A stretch of 64,000 nucleotides of DNA from Pirellulales bacterium (GTDB lineage Bacteria; Planctomycetota; Planctomycetia; Pirellulales; PALSA-1355), in assembly GCA_963733035.1 (NCBI GenBank), contig CAVTBU010000006.1, positions 480,001 through 544,000 of the forward strand, in the 5' to 3' direction. Each line of letters opens with the position of its first letter. Within the stretch, counting starts at the first letter, position 1. A program made the translations under genes and the position numbers. Of the stretch, positions 30,101-39,713 are shown one piece after another. Below the pieces are notes generated by a model that saw nothing but the letters and a program-made list of their open reading frames with translations, was not told the DNA's origin and ran no database searches.

Positions 30101-31441
30101 AATGGCCCGGTTGGCGAGCGCATCATTGACGACGGAGATACTGGCTACAGTCACTCGAGCGGTTGGACCACGGTAACCAACACGCTGGCCTACGGGCTCG
30201 ACTATGATTATCACGCGGCGGGCAATGACAACAGTACCGCCAGCTATACTTTCAACGGGCTGGCCGACGGTAGCTACGAGATCTATGCCAAGTGGATCCC
30301 GTTCAGCAATCGCGCTACCAATGCGCCCTACACGATTCTGAATGGCTCGACCGTGGTTGACACGGTGCTCGTCAATCAGCAGGCGGCGCCCAGCGGTGAT
30401 GTGTCCAACGGCGTGACCTGGCAGAAGCTGGGCACCTATACGACAACGACCGGCAAGCTCGTTGTACGATTGGGAGACAACGCCAATGGGTATGTCGTGG
30501 CTGACGCCGTGCGGCTGGTGCCCAATAGTATCGCCGCGCAAACGCCTGAAATCGACGTGGCGGGGCTGGGCATTTCGATCAACACGGGGGATACCGTCCC
30601 CGCGGCCGCTGATGGCACGGAGTTCGGCACCACGAACCTCAATAGCGACTCGCCGCTTCATACCTTTACGATCACGAATAACGGCAATGCCTTACTGCAG
30701 CTGGGTGGCAGCCCGCGAGTCCTTGTTTCTGGTGCGAATGCGTCTGACTTCCTGGTCACGGTGCAGCCGGCGGCGTCCTTGAATCCAAACACCTCGACGA
30801 ACTTCGGAATCTTGTTCCGTCCAACCGGCACGGGCTTGCGTCAGGCCACTGTGACGATCGCCAACAACGACAGCAACGAAGGGCCGTACACCTTCACAAT
30901 TGAAGGTACCGGTGTGGCCGCCGCTTCGCCGCTTGTGCACAACAGCGTACTACCTCAAGATGTCAATGCGGATGCGAAGGTCACGAGCAGCGATGTCTTG
31001 ATCCTGGTGAACAACTTGCTGCGGGGGCAGGGCGCCGCGCCCCTGGCTGCCGTTGCCAGCAATGGTTCGACGCCAAGCTACTACCTAGACGTCAACGATG
31101 ATGGATGCTTTTCATCCAGCGACTTGCTGATGGTGGTGAACTACATGCTCCGCACTTTCGCCGCGCCGCACGCTGCGCCGGCGGTGGCCGAACCGCTCGC
31201 CGCACCCGCCGTGGACGAGGCCTTCGTGTTGTTTGATGATACCGCCCAGGAATCCACGGGAGAGAACGCCGCTCGTGCCGAGTCGATCGCCGCTGCCAAG
31301 GCCGACACGCCCCGCAACGCCTCTGCGCCCTCGGCCACGCTGACATCGCCGGCGGTAAATGCCGCTCTGGCCACATTGGATGACCAGGAACAGGCTGACG
31401 ACAAGGACTTTGACTGGGACCCGCTTTCGCTTGAGGTTTAG
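27173..31441 (+). CDS. Large secreted subtilase (S8/S53-like) with 3x Calx-beta, golvesin/CBM-like, choice-of-anchor D-like and dockerin-like domains
   Basis: LEPLEDRRML leader; VGVISDS, DEGRAM, SSAGN and FFGTSAAAPH peptidase motifs; dockerin-like pair DVNADAKVTSSD / DVNDDGCFSSSD. Start placed at ATG 27173. Confidence 0.85.
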   Translation: MFDPVHRRSTRKSGTHAQRSTQAAKFHPGLEPLEDRRMLHFDGYQQALVAFEGDDLVGKDGPMSRVGFDLTLMFEQYKIQTSLDPGAAFVPSGGLPVEISGNSINIDLVGSGDANAFRNQLTSLGMTNIVSFGSLVSGSIPLGNLDQLAGLNTLLFARPTYLPITSAGLTTSQADSALHADEARSLFGVDGSGITVGVISDSFDSVPYAGGVDGVTKDIQTGDLPQDTQVLQDFVSPFSTDEGRAMAQLIHDLAPGAAIRFATADVNGQVGFAQNILALANAGANVITDDISYFAEPFFQDGVIAQAAQQVVAQGVSYFSSAGNEEARSYESAFVDSGQTLANGAKLHDFDPGPGVSTLQEIKLPVGDAVQMSFQWDQPFASLGGAGSQSDLDISLIGADGTTVVASSIDQNIGGDPIEFLQALNDGSIDLDNDGQPDTKFYIQISLVSGPAPGLMKYVDFGRSSTIVSFATDSSTDVGHHNTAGVIGVAATAFYGTPQFGITPPVLDYYSSKGGTSILFDTSGQRLTTPFNPNSPQLTGVDGTNTTFFGSDISQDADSFPNFFGTSAAAPHLAAVAALMIELTGGPGSVAPDDIYNALEETAIDIVNRSDGTVLIPIVNGQGFDLYSGYGLVDAVAALQSINSRVSLGDDVAMLEGDSGITNFVFAVNYMGTAVSPVTVAYTTLDGTAVAGADYLSNSGTLTFSVGGATTQWITIGVVADQVVESNETFLVKLSSPENAVLGRSQAVGTILNDDIDLSINDVALVEGHNGLRDAVFTVSTYGVVNQVISVSYTTVNNTAQGASDYLPTAGVVTLNAQTPTALVTVPVVGDIVDEDDETFFVVLTSSHGARIADGTGVGTIIDDDQSPALYVNDVQVTTTASGTFAAMFTVGLDAVSGRAVTANFATSDVSAHSGVDYSGLVGVLTFNPGVRTQTVVVPIMTAAVYSADKTFHLNLTSAQNALMADPQGTATIVFANGPVGERIIDDGDTGYSHSSGWTTVTNTLAYGLDYDYHAAGNDNSTASYTFNGLADGSYEIYAKWIPFSNRATNAPYTILNGSTVVDTVLVNQQAAPSGDVSNGVTWQKLGTYTTTTGKLVVRLGDNANGYVVADAVRLVPNSIAAQTPEIDVAGLGISINTGDTVPAAADGTEFGTTNLNSDSPLHTFTITNNGNALLQLGGSPRVLVSGANASDFLVTVQPAASLNPNTSTNFGILFRPTGTGLRQATVTIANNDSNEGPYTFTIEGTGVAAASPLVHNSVLPQDVNADAKVTSSDVLILVNNLLRGQGAAPLAAVASNGSTPSYYLDVNDDGCFSSSDLLMVVNYMLRTFAAPHAAPAVAEPLAAPAVDEAFVLFDDTAQESTGENAARAESIAAAKADTPRNASAPSATLTSPAVNAALATLDDQEQADDKDFDWDPLSLEV

Positions 31442-31672
31442 CGCACTTACCGGATGTCGACGTCGTCTAATCCACTCTGGCACGAACCTGGCCGGGCATT
31501 TCCGTGTCTGCCCGGGCGGCTGGCTCCGAATTTCGGCGCGTTGGAGGATGAGCCGCGGCACTTCTCCCGGTAGCCGCGATCCGCTAACCTAACGGTTTGA
31601 GCCGTTCGTGGAACCGCTCCGCTGCCGTTAAGTTGACGCTCTCCGACAGATGGTTCGAGGAAGGTTTACTGC

Positions 31673-32950
31673 ATGACCTGCGCGACTCGATTCTCACCGC
31701 TTCGCACGCAAATCGCCGGCGTCGACGTCGAGGCCTTGGCTCGCGATTTCGGTACGCCGACCTATGTTTACGACGCCACCAAGATCGTCGAGCGGATTGA
31801 GGACCTGGAAGCCTTCGACACGGTTCGTTTTGCACAGAAGGCCTGTTCGAATCTGGCGATTCTCGATCTCGTGCGACGTCATAGCGTCCTCGTCGACGCC
31901 GTGAGTGCCGGCGAGATTCGGCGGGCTTTGGCCTCCGGTTATTCGGCCACGGGAGATCCTCCGCCGATTGTTTATACGGCCGACATCTTTGACGCCGAGG
32001 CGCTCGATCTGGTCGCCGAACATGGTTTGCACGTCAATTGCGGTTCGCCGGACATGATCGAACAACTTGGCCAGATAGCCCCCGGCCGCGAGATCACCTT
32101 GCGACTGAATCCCGGATTCGGCCACGGACATAGCCAGAAGACGAATACCGGCGGCGAGCAATCAAAGCATGGCATCTGGCACGCCCAACTCAGCGATTGT
32201 CTGCGCGCGGCGGATCATCAGGGCCTGGGCGTCACCGGCCTGCACATGCACATCGGCTCGGGCACGGACCTGGAGCATTTGGCCCAAGTATGCGATGCCA
32301 TGGAACAAGCTGCCCGCGAAGTCGGACGCACGATCACGACAATTAGCGCCGGCGGCGGTTTGCCGATTCCCTATCGTGAGGGAGATCAGCCAGTCGATAT
32401 CGATGCCTATTACCAACTCTGGAACGCGACGCGAGGGCGATTGGAGGAGGAGTTTGGCCACAAGGTTCGTTTGGAAATCGAACCCGGACGTTACCTTGTC
32501 GCCGAGAGCGGGTATCTGGTGGCTCAGATTCGCGCCATCAAACGAAGCGGGGCAAACACGTTTTACCTGCTCGATGCCGGCTTCAATAACCTGGCCCGGC
32601 CGATTCTTTACGGGGCTTACCACCATATGTCGGTGGTTCCGAGCGGGCAGGGGGGGCTGACGAGGCCGCTGCACGAAGTCGTCGTGGGTGGTCCACTGTG
32701 CGAGTCGGGCGATATTTTCACACAAGAAGAGGGGGGCTTTGTCCGCTCCCGTATGCTGCCCGTTGCCGAAGTGGGCGAGTACCTGGTTATCGAATGCGCG
32801 GGAGCTTACGGTTTCGTGATGAGTTCAAACTACAATAGCAAGCCGATGGCGGCCGAGGTACTCATTCAGGCCGGCCAACCACACTTGGTCCGTCGCCGGC
32901 AGACTTTCGCGGAATTGGTGGCCGGTGAGTCAATTCCTGGTGCCAAATAG
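31673..32950 (+). CDS. lysA: Diaminopimelate decarboxylase
   Basis: RFAQKACSN, HGHSQKTNTGG..SKHGIW, HMHIGSG, EPGRY, GPLCESGD, GAYG..MSSNYN. Confidence 0.96.
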   Translation: MTCATRFSPLRTQIAGVDVEALARDFGTPTYVYDATKIVERIEDLEAFDTVRFAQKACSNLAILDLVRRHSVLVDAVSAGEIRRALASGYSATGDPPPIVYTADIFDAEALDLVAEHGLHVNCGSPDMIEQLGQIAPGREITLRLNPGFGHGHSQKTNTGGEQSKHGIWHAQLSDCLRAADHQGLGVTGLHMHIGSGTDLEHLAQVCDAMEQAAREVGRTITTISAGGGLPIPYREGDQPVDIDAYYQLWNATRGRLEEEFGHKVRLEIEPGRYLVAESGYLVAQIRAIKRSGANTFYLLDAGFNNLARPILYGAYHHMSVVPSGQGGLTRPLHEVVVGGPLCESGDIFTQEEGGFVRSRMLPVAEVGEYLVIECAGAYGFVMSSNYNSKPMAAEVLIQAGQPHLVRRRQTFAELVAGESIPGAK

Positions 32951-33169
32951 GCAAGCCATTTTGACCGGCCGAAAGGTCCAAATCGCGGTGACTTTCCATC
33001 CAAACGCGGGGCCGTGACCGCGGATTTCAAGGTTCGCTGACGAAGCGGTTGGCTCCCTGCCGATTTGTTCCTATGATTAGACTGTTCGCACGTTGGCAGC
33101 GAATCCGTAGTTTGTAGGCCACGCGGAGAACTCCTTCGCGATCTCCATCTTGACTGAGGTACGAGTTCC

Positions 33170-33565
33170 ATGGCCAAGCAAGGCCCCCGCAAGAAGGTTC
33201 CCAAAGAACTGGCCGTTATTAATGCCGATAATTGCACCGGGTGCGAAAGTTGTTTGGAAGTTTGCCCCGTCGACTGCATCGTGAAGATCCAGCAGTACGA
33301 CGACAAGGAAAACCTGCAAAGCTGGTGCGAAATCGATCTGGAACGTTGCGTGGGCTGCGAAGTCTGTGTGCACATCCCAGGCAAGAAGACGAATCCCTAT
33401 GACCTGAAGGTCTGCCCATGGGATGCGATAGAGATGGTGCCCACGGAACTCGTGGCCCAGGTCGTCGCCCAAATCGGCGGTCCTCCCGAGTACGTCTATG
33501 AGAACTGGGATCGCCTGGTCGGCACGGCCCAACACCTGGCCGAGCTCAAAGGCGCGAGTGCGTAG
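33170..33565 (+). CDS. 4Fe-4S dicluster ferredoxin-like protein
   Basis: CTGCESCLEVCP plus a second cluster CVGCEVC...CPWDAI with an insertion; GAGG RBS. Confidence 0.9.
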   Translation: MAKQGPRKKVPKELAVINADNCTGCESCLEVCPVDCIVKIQQYDDKENLQSWCEIDLERCVGCEVCVHIPGKKTNPYDLKVCPWDAIEMVPTELVAQVVAQIGGPPEYVYENWDRLVGTAQHLAELKGASA

Positions 33566-33648
33566 CACGATTCCGCCGCGAATACAATCGACTCGGATCG
33601 GAAGCTTTGGGCTTGCCCGCCTGTTTTATTTTGCTTGGTCGCGTGAGC

Positions 33649-34476
33649 TCAGCTTTCGCTCACTGCACACAGCGTGGCTTGCATGTACTCAATGCTTTCT
33701 TTCGCCAATCGCTCGATGCCAGGGCTGTAGTCGAAGACCTCGACCGAGACCCACCCTTTGTAGTCGACTTCGCCCAGGGCCGCGAAGATGGGCTGGAAGT
33801 TCAGTTCGCCGAAGCCAGGTCCCTGCTTGTTGGGATCGTTGGCGTGGAAATGGGCCAACACTCCAATGTGTCGGCGGATCAAATCGGGGATCGGCGTCGA
33901 CTCGCTCGACATCGCCTTGCAATCAAGAATCAAACGGCACTGCGGGTGGCCGACTCTTTCGATGAGCTTCACGGCGTCGTCGGCCGTGTTGAGGAAATTT
34001 CCTTCCGCCGGCGCGAGCGGCTCCATGCACAATGTCACGCCGGTCGCTTCCAGAACCGGCAGACACTCGGTGACCACCTCCGCCGCATAGTCGAAGGCTT
34101 GCTCCGGCGCGACTCCTGGCATGATGTTCCGCTGCTGCGGAGATCCGAAGATCATCCGCGACCCCCCCACATCGCGGCATAGCCGAGCCAACTCCTGGAC
34201 ATAACCCGCGGTTCGACGACGGACTTCCGATTCCGGATGCGTCAGATAGTACCCGTTGGTCTTCGCCAGCAGCCAGTGCAGTCCGACCACTTCAAGGCCC
34301 TCTTTGTCGGCCAACCGACGAACTTCCTCGCGCTGGTTGGTGGTGATGTCCTTGGCGTCCGAGGCCAGCGTAAAGGGGGCGATTTCAATGCCCGTATAGC
34401 CGCACTCGGCGGCGAAGCCAAAGGCCTTGTCGAATGGCCAGTCAAGAAAGGTTTCGTTGCAGATGGCGAATTTCAT
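33649..34476 (-). CDS. Sugar phosphate isomerase/epimerase (xylose isomerase-like TIM barrel)
   Basis: MKFAICNETF, GIEIAPF, MEPL, HFHAND, SVEVF. Confidence 0.85.
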   Translation of the reverse strand: MKFAICNETFLDWPFDKAFGFAAECGYTGIEIAPFTLASDAKDITTNQREEVRRLADKEGLEVVGLHWLLAKTNGYYLTHPESEVRRRTAGYVQELARLCRDVGGSRMIFGSPQQRNIMPGVAPEQAFDYAAEVVTECLPVLEATGVTLCMEPLAPAEGNFLNTADDAVKLIERVGHPQCRLILDCKAMSSESTPIPDLIRRHIGVLAHFHANDPNKQGPGFGELNFQPIFAALGEVDYKGWVSVEVFDYSPGIERLAKESIEYMQATLCAVSES

Positions 34477-34620
34477 GATGTGTTGAACCGGGGGCACATG
34501 TTAGCTGGGGTGGATTTCGAAACGGGCATCGTAACACGGGTCTTGCACGAGCTTCAACCGGCAGATGACGGGCCGCAAGTACCGACTCGACGCATGCCAC
34601 AGTTTCGTATTGGATGCGGC

Positions 34621-35421
34621 TCAATCGAACTCAAACAGACCCGCGATCCGCGGCGCGCCATATTCCGCGCCGCCTGTCAGCACCTGCACGTTTCGTAGTG
34701 GTTGAGCTTCTCCGTGGCCGTGTGTGTGTCCGCAGAGGACGGTGAGGCGATTTTCGGGATGGGCATCCATTTGTTCAAGGATCACCTGGCCCATGGCGTG
34801 GCAAGTGAAGTGCGGCGACCACTGCGCATCGGAGATACGACCTTCATGCCAACAGGCTTCGAGAAACGGCGGCACGTGCGTCACCAGGACGACGTCGCGG
34901 TAGGACTCCAGGGCAACGGGCAGCACCTGGCGAATATGGTTGGCTGCTTCGTCGGCCAGTCCTTTGAGCAGCTCCCAGCGTGATTTGCGATCGTGCGACT
35001 GGAGTTCGTCAATAAGCTTCCAGTCAAGCATCTTTACGAGCGAGCGGGGATAGTCCCCCAGGCGTCCATCTGCCCAGCCGTCATGCCCGACAAGGCCAAC
35101 GTGCGTTGCCAATGCGTTCACGGCTTCGGCCGTAAGATAGTGCAAGCCTGCGTGTTCGTCGCAGAATCGGGTTACTCGCTGCCGCGTGTCACGAATCGAA
35201 CCATGATAAAAATCATGATTGCCGAGTACGAAGTAGATCGGCGCGCGAATCGCGGTCTGCAACTGGTCGAGAAAGTCGCAGACGTTGTGCGCTTCGGCAA
35301 TATCGCCGCTGATCAATACGCCGTCGGGCCTGGCGGCCACGACTTCATTCAGAAACGCCGACACGCGCGTCTCGGAAAGAAAGTTGAGATGGATGTCGGT
35401 CAGCCAGGCGACGCGTTTCAT
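34621..35421 (-). CDS. Metallophosphoesterase (CpdA/Icc-like)
   Basis: Calcineurin-like motifs TDIH, SGD, GNHD, THVPP and GHTH. Confidence 0.9.
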   Translation of the reverse strand: MKRVAWLTDIHLNFLSETRVSAFLNEVVAARPDGVLISGDIAEAHNVCDFLDQLQTAIRAPIYFVLGNHDFYHGSIRDTRQRVTRFCDEHAGLHYLTAEAVNALATHVGLVGHDGWADGRLGDYPRSLVKMLDWKLIDELQSHDRKSRWELLKGLADEAANHIRQVLPVALESYRDVVLVTHVPPFLEACWHEGRISDAQWSPHFTCHAMGQVILEQMDAHPENRLTVLCGHTHGHGEAQPLRNVQVLTGGAEYGAPRIAGLFEFD

Positions 35422-35436
35422 CAGGTGGGTATCGCG

Positions 35437-36731
35437 CTATTTCGTACCAAGGCAATAGAGCCTCTGGCGTCCACGGATGAACAACTGCCCGGCGGCGGCG
35501 GCTGGCGATGCGAGAGTGCTGTCGTCAAGTTGGTTCTCGGCGAGCATTTCGAAGCTTGTGTTGGCGGAAACCACGGTGCAAAGCCCGGACGTATTTAAGA
35601 AGTAGATGCGCCCGTCGGCCGCTAGCGGCGAGGCCTTGAAATCGCCCCCCAGTCGTTGCGTCCAGTGTAGCTTGCCGGTCTTGGCGTCAAAGGCCCTGGC
35701 AATTCCGTCGTCGCTCACCGTAAAGAGTAGCCCACGCTCGACGACGGGGCAGGGAGTGTCGGGAGTCCCTTTTTCGTAGCGCCAAACGACGCGGCTTACT
35801 GGCAATTCGCCACTCCCGCCGGGGCGGACGGCCAACAACGGCCCCCGCATTCCATGCGTTATATAGATCAGACCGTTGGCCGCGGTTGGTCCAGTTACCG
35901 TGCGTCCGCCAACCAGTCCTGGCAAAAACCACAATTGCCGGCCTGTGCTGGGATCGTAACCGTCGAGTTGATTCGCCCCCATCACAACGAGTTGTCGCGT
36001 GCCGTCGATGTTGACCACGATCGGTGTGGTGTAGGAGTCTCCTTGTTCCGATGGCGCATCGGTCAACCTCATTGACTTCCAACGCACGTCGCCGGTTTGC
36101 AGATCGTGGGCCACGAGGTAGCTGGGCGCGATCTTTTCCGTCAGGTCCGCGAGCGAATCTTGCATACAGACCGAGATCACGGTGTCGTCGAAGATCACTG
36201 GACTGTTGGCGTGCCCCCACCAAATCGTATAAGTCCCGTGTTCGTCTTGCAGGTTGTGCTTCCAACGCTGGCGGCCGGCGAAATCATAGGCGGCCAGATC
36301 TCCGTTTCCGAAATGCACGACGACGGTCTGGCCATCGGTCACTGGTGACGGGCTGGCGAGGTTATGCAGTCGATGGAACTTCTGCTTCTCGCGCTCGGCG
36401 CTTCTCGGGGTACCTCCGCGGCCCCGACCTGCTGCGTCCATTCAATAGCGCCGCTTTGGCGATTGAGTTTGAGCACCAGTAGCTTCTGATCCTGCTGGGT
36501 TGTGACAAAGATGGCATTGTTCCAAATTGCCGGCGTGCTGGTACCCCATTCTGGCAGTGCGGTCGACCAGGCGATGCCACTTTCGTCGGACCACTGGACG
36601 GGCAATGCGACCGGGCTGGTGCTGTTTCCGCGCGGACCGCGCCAAGCTGGCCAGTCCTCAGCCCCGGCATCGACTGGAATCGCTGCCAGCACGCTGGCGG
36701 AAAATACTAACGTAATGAAGCAGCGTGGCAT
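35437..36731 (-). CDS. PQQ-binding-like beta-propeller protein (one frameshift as sequenced near 36395)
   Basis: Signal peptide + DWPAWRGPRG in ORF 36339..36731, continuing in ORF 35437..36441 (HNLASPSPVTDG, ASPLAADGRIY). Adding one A restores CCG AAG CGC (..APKREKQKFH..). Confidence 0.8.
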
Positions 36732-37816
36732 GCAAATTACTCCGCGCGTAGAACAAAATCAGCTTACTTTCATCACCCGCCGTTTCACGCACGTACCGAG
36801 GAACGGCATACCCGGGTAAACGGCTGCGCAATTTTCGGACCAGCTCTCGGCCACTCATCTCATCGACCTCAAAATGCGCCGCACCCGCCACGCGGTCAAG
36901 TTGGTGTAAATAGTACGGCATGACCCGTAAATCCACCAACCGCTCGCAGAGGTTAGTGAGGGTATCCAGATCATCGTTTATGCCGTGCAGAAGCACAGAT
37001 TGATTGAGCATGGGAATTCCCACGTCCGACAGCCGTGCCAGGGCGTTGACAACCGATCCGGTGAGTTCCTGAGCATGGTTGGCGTGAATCACTACGATTG
37101 GCGTCAACCGGGTAGCGGTCAGCCAGCTGAGCAATTCCGAAGTAATCCGCTCGGGAATCATCAGTGGCAAGCGGGTGTGGATGCGCAGCCGGTGGAGTTG
37201 CTTGATTTCGGCCAGCCGCTCGACAAGTTGCCGCAGATGGCCATCGACAAGCATCAGTGGATCGCCTCCGCTAAGGATGACCTCTCGCAGGCTTTCGTCG
37301 CCTGCGATGGCTGCCAGGGCCGGGTTCCAGTCATCCGGCGATTTTGGCCCATCCCCGTAGGGGAAGTGCCGCCGGAAGCAGTAACGGCAATGGACGGCAC
37401 AAGCCCCAGTTGTTACCATCAAAACCCTGGAATGGTACTTGTGAAGCAGACCGGCGGATCGGATTGCGACACGGTCGCCGACCGGGTCGGGGCCAAAACC
37501 TTTGACCTCGGCGAGTTCGTCCCTCAGAGGAAGCACCTGCCTCAAGAGCGGGTCGCCCGGGTCTCCGGGCGCATGCGGGCAACGTACCCGCGGGCGCAAA
37601 AACCGGAAACCGTTCGGCAGCTCCCGTTGCGTCCGAGGCAAACCGCGGCGGCAGACCGACGAGTTGGCAGAGTTCGTTCGGGTCTCGCACGGCATCCTTG
37701 ACCGCCTCCTGCCACGATTGGTAGCGGGGCTCGGCCAGTGGCATCCAATTGGATGCAGGCTTGGTTATGTCGGTGGCCGCATTTTCTGCCAGAATTGAGG
37801 ATTCGACGGTACTCAT
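36658..37816 (-). CDS. epmB: EF-P beta-lysylation protein, KamA-family radical SAM lysine 2,3-aminomutase (two frameshifts as sequenced)
   Basis: CAVHCRYCFRR, ILSGGDPL, RIHTRLP, HANH, NQSVLL; divergent from efp. The 5' part is split over three frames by two missing C bases near 37592 and 37567; 3' end uncertain. Confidence 0.85.
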
Positions 37817-37907
37817 AGTTGCCGCACCAGCGATGCGTTTCTCGAAGCTTTCAAGTTAGTCCAGCATAATCCCCGACACGTTCAAAACGAAGTAGGAAAA
37901 CACGACT

Positions 37908-38477
37908 GTGGCCAGCTACAACACCAGCGATTTCAAGAAGGGCCTGAAAGTTCAGATCGACGGCGATCCGTATCTGATGGTCGAATGCAACTTCGTCAAG
38001 CCCGGAAAGGGTAACGCCCTTTATAAGTGCAAGCTGCGGAACCTGCTCCGCAATACGATACTCGACCGCACGTTCAAAGGTGGCGACTCGCTCGAAGCCG
38101 CCGACATCACGGAAATCCAAGCCCAATTTCTTTACCGCCAGGGTGAGATGTTCGTGTTCATGGACAATGAGAATTTCGAACAGTACGAGCTGACCAAGGA
38201 ACAGGTTGACGACGCCTGGAAGTACTTGAAGGAAGGTATGAACTGCTCAATGGTGTTGTTCAATGACAACCCAATCTCAGTCTCGCCACCGAATCATGTC
38301 GTACTGAAGATCGAATATTGCGAACCGGCTGTCAAAGGCAACACCGCCACGAACCTCACCAAACCCGTGACGCTCGAAACCGGCGCCGAAGTGATCTGCC
38401 CGGCCTTCGTTGAAATCGGCGATTTGATCCGCGTCGATACTCGCACCAATGAATACCTCGAACGCGCCCGCGAGTGA
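37908..38477 (+). CDS. efp: Elongation factor P
   Basis: FVKPGKG loop with the modified Lys, EPAVKGNTA, LETGA, IRVDTR..EY..R. Confidence 0.97.
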   Translation: MASYNTSDFKKGLKVQIDGDPYLMVECNFVKPGKGNALYKCKLRNLLRNTILDRTFKGGDSLEAADITEIQAQFLYRQGEMFVFMDNENFEQYELTKEQVDDAWKYLKEGMNCSMVLFNDNPISVSPPNHVVLKIEYCEPAVKGNTATNLTKPVTLETGAEVICPAFVEIGDLIRVDTRTNEYLERARE

Positions 38478-38520
38478 ATTGCGCGGGAGGCTCTGCCCGA
38501 CGCCTTGGTGAGCTACTGCC

Positions 38521-39513
38521 GTGAAGTTGCCGGCCAAACATGCTGATTTTCTACCGTCAGCCAACTGGGAACGACTTCGTTTGCGTTCGGAGTTGCTGGC
38601 CAAGACACGCAGGTTCTTCGCCGATCGCAGATTCATCGAGGTCGAGACGCCTCTGCTATCGGCCGACACCGTGATTGACAGGCATCTCGACCCGCTTACG
38701 GTCGTTTTGCCTGACGACCCTGCCCGACCGAACGTGGGTCGCACGCTGTACTTGCAGACGTCGCCCGAATTCGCCATGAAACGCCTGCTTGCCGCGGGGG
38801 CCGAGGCCATCTACCAGATTACGCGTGCATTCCGCGCGGGTGAGGCCGGCGCGTTGCACAACCCCGAGTTCACGATTGTCGAGTGGTATCGCCGCGGCGA
38901 CGATCTCGCACGAGGGATGCAGTTGCTCTCGGACTTGTCTGAAGCGTTGCTGAATCTTGGGCCTGCCGAACAAGTGGGCTACGCGGAAGCATTTTCCGTT
39001 CATGTTGGCGTCGACCCTCACACGGCGACCGTTGCTGACCTGGTCGCCGCGGCCCGCCACTGGGGCCTTTCTGCCTCAGAGAGCTTTGCTGACGACGATC
39101 GTGACGCCTGGTTGAACTTGCTGCTGACATCCCTCGTCGAACCGCAGTTGGGGCAAAGCGTCCCGACAATTCTGTACGATTACCCGCCCAGCCAGGCGGC
39201 GTTGGCCCGGCTGCACGGTGAGCCACCCGTGGCGGCGCGATTCGAACTCTATGTGCGGGGCATCGAACTGGCGAACGGTTATCACGAACTTCTCGACCCA
39301 GCCGTTCTCCGCGAGCGAAACCATGCGGCCAATCGCCAGCGCACCGCGGACGGTAAACCGACGTTGCCCGAGGAGAGTCGACTACTGGCGGCAATGGAAA
39401 ACGGGCTGCCCGAATCATCGGGCGTGGCGCTCGGTTTCGATCGACTTGTGATGCTCGCTGCGGGCGCGATGCGTCTGACCGAGGTCTTGGCCTTTCCAAT
39501 CGACAGGGCGTGA
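38521..39513 (+). CDS. epmA: EF-P lysine aminoacylase EpmA (GenX/PoxA)
   Basis: EVETP, LQTSPEFAMKRLL, HNPEFT..EWY, ELANGYHEL, GVALGFDRL; LysRS catalytic domain without an anticodon domain, adjacent to efp. Confidence 0.95.
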   Translation: MKLPAKHADFLPSANWERLRLRSELLAKTRRFFADRRFIEVETPLLSADTVIDRHLDPLTVVLPDDPARPNVGRTLYLQTSPEFAMKRLLAAGAEAIYQITRAFRAGEAGALHNPEFTIVEWYRRGDDLARGMQLLSDLSEALLNLGPAEQVGYAEAFSVHVGVDPHTATVADLVAAARHWGLSASESFADDDRDAWLNLLLTSLVEPQLGQSVPTILYDYPPSQAALARLHGEPPVAARFELYVRGIELANGYHELLDPAVLRERNHAANRQRTADGKPTLPEESRLLAAMENGLPESSGVALGFDRLVMLAAGAMRLTEVLAFPIDRA

Positions 39514-39713
39514 ACGCGTCATTTGGTGCATCGGCGCCTGAATCGGACGTATCGTGCTGGTTCTGAGTTGGCTGGCTTGCGAACTCGCAAAAGATTCAAG
39601 GCACGCTCATCATTTGCTCACAAACAGTGTCTACGATTGCAAGCAAAACTTGAGGCGTATCGAGTGTGGCCCTCGACGCACTCAGGTGGTCTGTTTCAAA
39701 TTGGAGACTCGCC

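Noticed and set aside
29348..30661. Long antisense ORFs (this one, 4479..5474, 9932..10948, 18500..19591 and others)
   Set aside because: Shadow ORFs expected in GC-rich coding DNA opposite well-supported genes.
31442..31672. Lysine riboswitch upstream of lysA
   Set aside because: Only two small hairpins (CCGGGCA/TGCCCGG, AACGG/CCGTT); no L-box conserved core recognised.
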